64,000 nucleotides of DNA, taken from the NCBI GenBank assembly GCA_024679065.1, contig JAGIQG010000027.1, positions 28,954,001 through 29,018,000 of the forward strand. Direction: 5' to 3'. A program made the translations under genes and the position numbers. This DNA is from Sphyrna mokarran (lineage: Eukaryota). The notes below the pieces were generated by a model, which saw nothing but the letters and a program-made list of their open reading frames with translations, was not told the DNA's origin and made no database searches. Position 1 is the first letter of the stretch; each line of letters starts with the position of its first letter. Shown piece by piece: positions 55,347 to 64,000 of the stretch.

Positions 55347-55404
55347 CACGTGACTGGTGAGCGGGTTCAAGAGGTCAGAAAGGCGGCCATCCCCGCGCAT
55401 GCTC
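55347..55404. promoter_or_regulatory. Intron-1 module: E-box CACGTGAC, DR2 RARE, NRF1-like site
   Basis: CACGTG 55347-55352; GGTTCA-ag-AGGTCA 55364-55377; GCGCATGCTC 55395-55404. Confidence 0.5.
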
Positions 55405-56059
55405 GGGCTGGCTACCGGAGTCAGAGAGCCGAGCCGGCCGCTCCAAATAAACCCTCGCCCCTCTGCTGATTAAAATATTAAAAACATTATCACGCACACT
55501 TCGTTTGAAATGACACTTCCAAACCGAAACCAACAAGAGTTTGGCTAAACCGGGGTAATTTCTTTTTACCCCTCCCCTCACACAAACATTTCCACATCCC
55601 CTTCACAAATGCGCCGCTAATGCGTCGGAGAGAAAACTCGCACCCAAATCCAAAAGAGGTGAACAAAGTTAAAACTGCTCCGTATTAATTGATTCGCTCG
55701 ACGCACGAACTCTCCACGAGGTGTTAAACCATCATGCTGCATCCTGTACTGACAACCAACATTTTTTAACACCTTCAACTTGTTCTAGGAAATGCACAAT
55801 TGGGATGGAGGAATAATTTTTTAAAAAAAGTTTATAGAAAATTAATGATGGTAAGAGTGAAGGCATTAGTTGCTCTTGTCTCGATGTCCAATTCGATGTC
55901 GTTGTAATCTAAATAACTGGGTGTTTTACATCGAAAAAGGGCTTGTCTTCCTCTGGCTGAAATATACGAGGCCGGAACTTGAACATTTAAATAAACCTAA
56001 AATTCCGATCAACAAACAGCAAACTGCCCCCACTTGCCACACAAGAGTGGCCGCCTCAC

Positions 56060-56065
56060 CTCCAT
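56060..56065 (-). CDS. MEIOC: MEIOC coding exon 1 (2 codons, Met-Glu)
   Basis: cacacATGGAG|GTGAGG donor inside the CpG island; phase 0 joins exon 2 to give MEPKT...; unspliced read-through gives MEVRR, like the recalled human N-terminus. Confidence 0.7.
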
Positions 56066-56414
56066 GTGTGCGCGGTTCGGCTGGAAAGAGTGGGGTGCCC
56101 TCTCTGAATTGTTTTTTCTCCGGGCAGAGGGACGGGAATCAGCCGCGGATCACGAGTGGGTTGACTTTCGACGCCGGAGTGGCCCATCTGCCGCTTCTCT
56201 CCCCCTTCCTTCCCTCCCTTCTCTCTTCACTGACTGATGGCCAGGGACCGTTAAGGGCTCGGCCAATTCGTGCCCGCGCTCGCGCGCCGAACGGACGACC
56301 ACCCCTCGCGCCCCTTCCCGCGCTCGCCGCGAGCCTCCATCGCATTGGTCAATGGGGAAGCTGTGGGGGAGGGGGAGCGCGAGGGGGAGGGGGAGCGCGA
56401 GGAGGAGCAGCAGC

Positions 56415-56482
56415 AGCCTCAGGCGAGCACGAGCTGAGGAGGAGACTTCCAACGTGCGAGCTCGAGGCACTTTTCACCTCAG
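56415..56482. promoter_or_regulatory. Cluster of STRA8-type CNCCTCAG motifs
   Basis: CTCCTCAG (minus, 56434-56441), CACCTCAG (plus, 56475-56482), near-match AGCCTCAG (56415-56422). Confidence 0.5.
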
Positions 56483-56839
56483 TACCAACGCCTGTTCCCA
56501 GCTTTCACCCCCACGTCGGCCGGTGACAGGAAAGTGGGCGGGGTGTCATTGGCCAGGGCCTCCAATCTGATTGGGGGGGGGAGCCGCAGCGTCCTCCTAT
56601 TGGCTGGCGTGTGCAAAAGGGGACGGGGTGTCGCTGGCCAGGGCTGCCGATCTGATTGGGAGAGAGCTGCAAAGTTCTCCTATTGGCTGAGAGGTGAACA
56701 GCCCCGCCCCTCCGTCTCCGCCCCGCCCTCTGTGTGACGCGACAACGCGCGAAGCTCCAACGAAAAAGTTCCTGGCGCGAGGTAAGTAATCGGCCAACAG
56801 TCAGAAAGAGCTTCGAATTTTTTAAAGAGAAGCTATTAA

Positions 56840-58200
56840 GAACAAAGAACAAAACAGCACGGGAAACAGGCCCTTCGGCCCAACGAGCAAGCGCCGCCTC
56901 CCCGATATTCCCATCTCTACCCGCGATCCCTGTCCATGTTTATAGATCTATGGATTAAAAACCAAATTTGAGACAATTTAGGGAGAATTTGTTTTGCCAA
57001 TTAGCCTAAGAGCACATCTTTGGGATGTGGGAGGAAACCGGAGCTCCAGGAGAAAACCCACGCAAGCACGGGGAGAATGCGCAAACTCCCACAGACACAG
57101 GCCCAAATCCATGTATCTGCACAGCACAGAGATAGTCACTGAGTTGTCGTGTTGCCCATCAAATGGCCCAGGTCAAGCATACACTAACAACGTGAAGCAC
57201 TAGGATACTCTCAAAAAAAATCCAAGAGCAGCCCTCCCACGACCCATCGCGTGTATGCCCCTCGTTAGACAACAAGGTGGACCAAAGCACCTGTAGGATA
57301 AAAACAAGTACATCAATATAATCATCTATTTACACACTTCCCAGGGACTCCCAAGGCTCATGATCCCTATTTTACATCAGTTTTCTATACCCCTCCATTC
57401 CCATTCTGTTCATGTGCCCATCTAAGTATTTCTTAAATAACTCCAGAGTACCTGCCTCCACCACGTTACTTGGCAGCGCATTCCATACCCCCACCACCCT
57501 CTGTGTGAAAAAACTCCCTCTAGCATCCAAATTATACCTTACCCCCTTCACCCTAAGCCCGTGACCCCTCGTGCTATTTGAGTCCATCCTAGGAAAAAGC
57601 TTAACCCTGTTTACTCTATCAATCCCCTTCAAAATCTTGTACACCTCTATCAAATCTCCTCTAAGTCTACGTCTTTCTAAGGAAAACAGTCCCAATTTGC
57701 CTGATCTCTCCTTATAATTCGGACCTTCCATACCAGGCAGCATCCTGGTAAACCTCCTCTGCACTCTCTCCAGAGTCTCCACGTCCTTCCGGTAGTAAGG
57801 CGACCAGAAGTGGATGCAGTATTCCAAATGAGGTCTAACCAGTGTTTTATACAACTGCAACATTAAAGGCCAGCTCTTGTACTCTATACCCCTTCCTATA
57901 AAGGCTAACATGCTATATGCTTTCTTCACAACCTTCTCCACTTGCTCTGCCACCTTCAGAGACTTGTTCACCTGCACCCCCAGGTCCTTCTGCGTTTCTA
58001 TATTCTTAATAGGTCTACCCTTTATCATATACCTCCCCCCTACATTCTTTCTCCCGAAATGCATCACCTCACATTTATCAGGATTGAATTCCATCTGCCA
58101 TCTATCTGGCCAGGCTACCAGTCTATCTATGTCCTGCTGTATCGTCTGACAATGCTCCTCACTATCCGCAAGTCTGACAATGCTCCTCACTATCTGCAAG
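56840..58200 (-). mobile_element. Young 5'-truncated CR1 with V-SINE-containing 3' UTR
   Basis: Open ORF 57372..58199 (ORF2 C-terminus) plus ~530-nt UTR; 28-bp tandem duplication at the 5' junction. Confidence 0.95.
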
Positions 58201-58612
58201 TTACTGTATCCTCCATATCATAAATCTCAGGCAACTGTTCTCAACATGAGTAACCGTTGTATATATCTTTACAACCAATAAATGTGCCAATCCAAGTCAA
58301 AACAAAAGTGCAAAGCCATTGAGATTTACTTTATTTACTAGTGTCATAAGTAGGCTTATATTATCAATTCAATGAAAATTTGAGGCTTAGTTTGGAACTT
58401 AATGTAATACCATTTTGTTTGGGGCTTTGCTTACCCTAGATTTTCAGGCTACAATCCTTTATGCCTGGAAAAGCAGCCAACCCTACCTGGAAATGCAGAC
58501 AAACTTCATATCCTTATGCTCCAGCAACAATCATTCCAATAACTGTCATGATTTTTAGCTCTTGGGAAAAATCAGCGCTTCCACAATTTCTCATAACTGA
58601 GCAATATGGGTC

Positions 58613-58890
58613 AGCAGGGTGGCACAGTGGTTAGCGCTGCTGCCTCAGTGCCAGGGACCCGGGTTCAATTTCCAGCTTGGGTCACTGTCTGTGTGGAGTT
58701 TGTATGTTTTCCCACGTCTGTGTGGGTTTCCTCTGGGTGCTTCAGTTTCCACCTACAATCTGAAAGATGCTGGTTAGGTGCATTGGCCATGCTAAGTTCT
58801 CCCTTAGTATACCCAAACAAGCACTGAAGCGTGGCACCTAGGGAATTTTCACATTAACTTTATTGCAGTGTTAACGTAAATCTATATATG
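58613..58890 (+). mobile_element. V-SINE with alternative tail
   Basis: GGTGGCACAGTGGTTAGCGCTGCTGCC...GGGTTCAATT head, V-domain, tail cacattaactttattgcagtgttaacgtaa (same type as 33608). Confidence 0.85.
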
Positions 58891-59109
58891 ACCCTAATAT
58901 AAATAATCACAGAAGTTAAGAGCTTATTATGAATATTATGTGTGTGTATGTATATTATATATACTGTGTATATATGTGCACATATATACACAGTTTTTTG
59001 CCTTTGTTGCTTGTGGTGAAAGGTCAACTGTTTGTTGTAGAATTCCATCTCCATCCTGAACTTCATTTTCATTGAAAAATTGGAGAAAATGAAAGTTTGT
59101 CAAACTTTG

Positions 59110-59285
59110 TAACTGACAGACATTCCTTAAAGACATTAATGACCCTGATAGGTTTTTACGACGTTGCACGGTTGCATGATACCATTATGGAGACTGGTTT
59201 ACAATTCTAGGTTTTCTTAATTAATTAATTGTATCCTTGTAGCATTAAACTTGGCCTCTGGATTTCTGGTCCAGTGATAATAATT
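59110..59285 (-). mobile_element. Deu-type SINE fragment (SacSINE1-like)
   Basis: Minus strand tcactggaccagaaatccagaggcc...aaaaacctatcagggtcattaatgtctttaagg. Confidence 0.6.
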
Positions 59286-59955
59286 GTAAATTTATTACTC
59301 AGTTAGTGGACATCGAAATGATCCCCAAATTTCTTTCTTAGAAAATAAAAAGTTGCCAAGTTAAGTTACTCCTTTAAAAAAAATAAGTTTACATGTGCAT
59401 TTTTTCCCCTACTCTTACCACTGGGAGTTGTAATTGGCTTAAACCATTCTTTGAAAATTCCAGATCAAATCAATTTATAAATTCAAACAGCTCCTGTACT
59501 TTAAATATTCCAAAACAATTGTTGCCCAGAGCTTCTGGATTTGAATAACTCTATCAGACGCAAAACTAATTGGTTGTCATGAAGATAACTGAACAAGTCA
59601 CCCAGCCTGTGTTTATTTGAATATTGCTCAGCTTATCCTTCAGGCTTTAGAGTCAAAACTTAAAAGTTGTTAAATAGATGTTAAAGGCAGCTCAATGTAA
59701 ACAGATTTTAAAATGATTATTTTTGTCACAACCCCCCTCCTCCCAACAAAATAAGGTTTTTAACCTTACTATTAGTACAAAGCTGGGAATTAACGATTTT
59801 TGTCATTCGAGCTTAGGAAAATGTGGGAGATTAGCCAACTCACTAAACAGAAATGGTGTTTGAACTGTGACCATGCTTCAAGAAACAATTCACTGGCTCC
59901 ATCTCTACTTTAACAATCTTAATCATATTATTAATTAGTCCTTATCACGTGTTTT

Positions 59956-60145
59956 AGGGGAGATAGTGGTGTAGTACTATTGTCACTGAACCAGAAATCC
60001 AGAGGCCAAGGCTAATGCTGTGCGGACATAATTAATTAATTCTAGAAAACCTCGAATTGAAAATCAGTCTCTGTAGTGGTATCATGGAACTACCATCCAA
60101 TATCATTAAAAACCCATTGGGGCTGTTAATGGTCTTTCAGGAATT
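59956..60145 (+). mobile_element. Deu-type SINE fragment (SacSINE1-like)
   Basis: gggagatagtggtgtagtactattgtcactgaaccagaaatccagaggcc...aaaaacccattgggg. Confidence 0.6.
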
Positions 60146-60919
60146 TGTGAGACACGGAAAGCTACAAAAATAAGTCATTTGTGCCATTTATGAGCACCAG
60201 TAGAAATGTGTTGAATGTATAGAATATTGCTATATTAATAATGCATGCATTTTGAAAGCAAAAATGGAAGGCTTTACAAACTATCACCAACAATCATGTT
60301 CCTCTAATATAAATGGAGGAGTTGCAAGGTACAAGTAATAATTTAATAGAATACTGACTGTGTGTCATGATAGAATTTTCCCCAGTAATGAAATGAGCAG
60401 ATTTCTGACTGTAGTCATGACCTTACCAGATACAGTATGAGATAACTGGCTCAACACTAAGTGACAAAAAGCATAATGAAATCTATTATATTAGATGTGA
60501 ACAGAAATACAATTTTCACAAAGTTTGATCCACTTAGAGGCTTTCTTTTGACTCACACAAAGGTTGATTTCCGGTTGGAGGCAGTTCTGTGAATGTAAAG
60601 AATGCAATCTTAATTCAGGTAACTGTTGAAGGTTCATTCACTAAATCTTCCCATACAGCATAGCAAGGCTAAAGAACACACTCAAGCACTTGCACAGAAG
60701 ATATAAAATTAAATGAATGCCTATATCAAATGAAGGTTATAAACTATCATGTTATCTATTTTCATATGTAAATGATTGTAAGAAACTACTTACATTAAGT
60801 ATACACAAGTAGATTTCAGCATTTCACCCATTGACATTGCAGTCAGTGTTCCGAGCTGTTTTGGTATTTTAGTTAAATATTTGATTTACCTCCTGTATTG
60901 TGTGAAAAGTAAAAGAAAA

Positions 60920-61770
60920 AAAATAGCAGAAATTCACGATAGGGCCTTTTAAGCCTGCTCTTTATTATTCACTATCATGTGCTTCAATTTCGTTTCCTGT
61001 CTGCTGTCCGGACCACTTGGTTCCCTGAAAGATTCTTTGTCTAATTCAACTTAAGTGTAGTCAATTATGGAACATCACAACCCTCAGAGATAGAAAATTC
61101 CAAAGATTCACAATCCTTCTGAGTGAAAAAATTGATCCTCAACTCAGTTCTAAATGATCCACCATTATCTTAAGACTTTGTCCTGATGTTCTGAATTCCT
61201 CAAACAGGGAACCAATTTCTAATATCGCCAATAGTGAGTTTTAATATGGAACTGTATTAAACATGAGTTAGCTCTGAGCAAGATTTAGCATGGTTCTGAT
61301 CACCATGCTAAAAGAAAGATGTGATTATGCTAAAGCATTTTTATAAGAATGCTTCGTGAATTGAGAATTTAGTTATGAAGAAACATTGAATAGGTTTTTG
61401 TTGTTTTCTCTGGAAAAGTGGAGACCGAGAGAATCTCTAATACATGCAGATAAAATTATGAGGGGTTCTAGATAGAGTTGCTTTGTTGAGGGCCCATTAC
61501 TAAAGGGCATAGATTTAAGAGATTTAGAGAGAACTTTTTTCAACTAGATGATGGTAGGGTTCTATAGTTCATTGTCTGAAAGGGTAGTAAAGACAGAAAC
61601 CCTTAAAACATTTAAAAGCTACTTAGATGTGCATTAGAAATCCAAAAAATCTACAAGGCTATGGACTAATAGAAGAAAGTGAAATTAGGCTAGATGATTC
61701 CTTGCCAGCTGGTGCAGAAACGATTGACAGATAGACCTTATTCTATCATGTAAACTTCTATAATAAGAAT
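60920..61770. mobile_element. Two decayed CR1 3' fragments (minus ~60920-61230; plus ~61250-61770)
   Basis: gatagaaaattccaaagattcacaatcc; gttgttttctctggaaaagtggagaccgagagaatctctaa. Confidence 0.55.
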
Positions 61771-62402
61771 GTTTTAACAAAATATACAAAACACAATCGG
61801 TAATGTTAATGGCTCAAATTTACATTTTTATAGTATTCTTCTTTAAATGCAGGAAGACATTACGATGGACACAGGAATCCTTTGTCTATTTTCTGCTTTG
61901 ATTTTAAGTAGAGTCAATCTGAATTTGTTATTGGCTGCGTCTCCAAAAATGTTTGATTGAAGTTTTCTTTATTGTTAGGCAAAATATGTAGATGGTTAGT
62001 GCACTTGGCTGACTGCTTGTTAATTAAGCTTGTTGAATTAGTCAGTTAGAAAACTCAAATAGGATTTCTTTGTTGTTTCAATCCAAGTCAGGCCACAGAA
62101 AATGTAGCCCATTATTTCTGTCCATGAGGTCTCTTGCATGACCACTATGTGAATGTATCTTAGTGATGAATGTTTAAAATGGCATTTAATTTATCATCAA
62201 GTTCTAAACTTCTGACCACCAATTTATTTTCCAGGCCAGTAACACACAGTTTGCTATACAATCAATGACTGCTGAAATAATGCTTGTTAATGCCAATCTT
62301 CAAAGAAACTGCTTTTACATTAAACAAAATCCTTGTAATTCCAGGACTCTGTTAAGTCCTGAGTTTTCTGTTGCCATACCTGAAATACTTGCAGATGGCA
62401 AT

Positions 62403-64000
62403 AAAGAACAAAGAACAAAACAGCATGGGAAACATGCCCTTTGGCCCGGCGAGCCCGTGCCGCCACCCCAATGTTCCCACCTCTACCCATGATCCCTGTC
62501 TATGTTTATAGATCTATGGATTAAAAACCAAATTTTGACACAATTTAGGGAGAATTTGTTTTGCCAATTAGCCTAAGAGCACATCTTTGGGATGTGGGAG
62601 GAAACCGGAGCACCCGGAGAAAACCCATGCAAGCACAGGGAGAATGTGCAAACTCCCACAGACACAGGCCCAAATCCATGTATCTGCACAGCACAGCGAT
62701 AGTCACTGAGCTGTTGTGTTGCCCATCAAATGGTCCAGGTCAAGTGTACACTAACGACATGAAGCACGAGGATACTCTCGAAAAAGATCCAAGAGCAGCC
62801 CTCTCATGACCCATCGCGTGTATGCCCCTCGTTAGACAACAAGGTGGACCAAAGCACCTGTAGGATAAAAACAAGTACATCAATATCATCTATTTACACA
62901 CTTTCCAGGGACTCCTAAGGCTCGTGATCCCTATTTTAAATCAGTTTTCTATACCCCTCCATTCCCATTCTGTTCATGTGCCCATCTAAGTGTTTCTTAA
63001 ATAGCCCCAGAGTACCTGCCTCCACCACTTTACTTGGCAGCGCATTCCATACCCCCACCACCCTCTGTGTGAAAAAACTCCCTCTAGCATCCAAATTATA
63101 CCTTACCCCCCTCACCCTAAGCCCGTGACCCCTCGTGCTATTCGAGTCCATCCTAGGAAAAAGCTTATCCCTGTTTACTCTATCTATAGCCCTCATAATC
63201 TTGTACACTATTAGATCTCCTCTAAGTCTACGTCTTTCTAAGGAAAACAGTCCCAATTTGCCTAACCTCTCCTCGTAACTCAGACCTTCCATACCAGGCA
63301 GCATCCTGGTAAACCTCCTCTGCACTCTCTCCAGAGTCTCCACGTCCTTCCGGTAATAAGGCGACCAGAGGTGGTCTAACCAACATTTTATACAACTGCA
63401 ACATTAAAGGCCAGCTCTTGTACTCTATACCCCTTCCTATAAAGGCTAGCATACTATATGCTTTCTTCACAACCTTCTCCACTTGCTCTGCCACCTTCAG
63501 AGACTTGTTCACCTGCACCCCCAGGTCCCTCTGCGTTTCTATACTCTTAATAGGTCTACCCTTTATCATATACCTCCCCCTTACATTCTTTCTCCCGAAA
63601 TGCATCACCTCACATTTATCAGGATTGAATTCCATCTGCCATCTATCTGCCCAAGCTACCAGCCTATCTATGTCCTGCTGCATCGCCTGACAATGCTCCT
63701 CACTATCCGCAAGTCCAGCCATCTTTGTATCGTCTGCAAACTTGCTGATCACTCCACTTACTCCCTCTTCCAAGTCATTTATATATATTACAAATTGAAG
63801 AGGTCCCAGTACCAAGCCCTGCGGCATACCACTAGTGACTGACCTCCAGCTAGAAAAACACCCTTCCACTATTACTCTCAGTCTCCTATTACTAAGCCAG
63901 TTACTTATCCATCTAGCTACCTGTCCTTGTATCCCATGAGCCTTGACCTTCTCAACTAACCTCCCATGAGGGACTTAAACGCCTTCAAACGCCTTACTAA
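62403..64000 (-). mobile_element. Young CR1 with V-SINE-containing 3' UTR (runs off the window)
   Basis: ORFs 63228..63869 (SKFADDTK) and 62936..63343; small deletion near LVRP causes the frameshift; highly similar to the 56840 copy. Confidence 0.95.

Larger units (their letters stand above)
55340..56800. promoter_or_regulatory. CpG island / MEIOC promoter, probably bidirectional
   Basis: Only extended CpG-rich stretch in the window; several CCAAT/ATTGG boxes (~56263, 56344, 56548, 56562-56574, 56598, 56654, 56683) and GC boxes (~56536, ~56718); contains the MEIOC start codon. Confidence 0.85.

Noticed and set aside
55870-56526. 218-aa plus-strand ORF and other overlapping ORFs in the CpG island
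   Set aside because: Low-complexity, GC-driven open frames with non-ATG starts and no recognisable domain
58613-58680. tRNA gene (also at ~1312, ~49500, ~54887)
   Set aside because: A/B-box heads run directly into the V-domain; these are SINE heads without a full cloverleaf

Overview
Eukaryotic, AT-rich, repeat-dense vertebrate DNA, most likely an elasmobranch (shark/ray), judged from CR1/HER1-type LINEs, HE1/V-SINEs and Deu-type SINEs. One complete protein-coding gene spans the window on the minus strand: MEIOC (meiosis-specific coiled-coil protein, YTHDC2 partner). I reconstructed 8 coding exons with GT-AG boundaries and consistent phases (56065-56060, 51281-51156, 48771-48623, 34746-34642, 33267-31338, 22006-21872, 12733-12553, 8871-8630; 2874 nt, 957 aa). 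Its CpG-island promoter (~55340-56800) carries clustered CNCCTCAG (STRA8-type) motifs, MYB/E2F/CCAAT/GC boxes and a perfect plus-strand splice donor suggesting a divergent transcript; intron 1 holds a DR2 RARE next to an E-box. The introns contain a histone H4 pseudogene, many CR1 and SINE copies, Harbinger remnants, a mini-Gypsy element and a 1.85-kb palindromic Penelope-like insertion with a TSD and hammerhead-ribozyme motifs, plus collapsed scars of the same family. A pogo remnant lies downstream of the gene. A recurrent CR1 subfamily carries a whole V-SINE inside its 3' UTR. All family assignments are from recalled motifs, not database searches.
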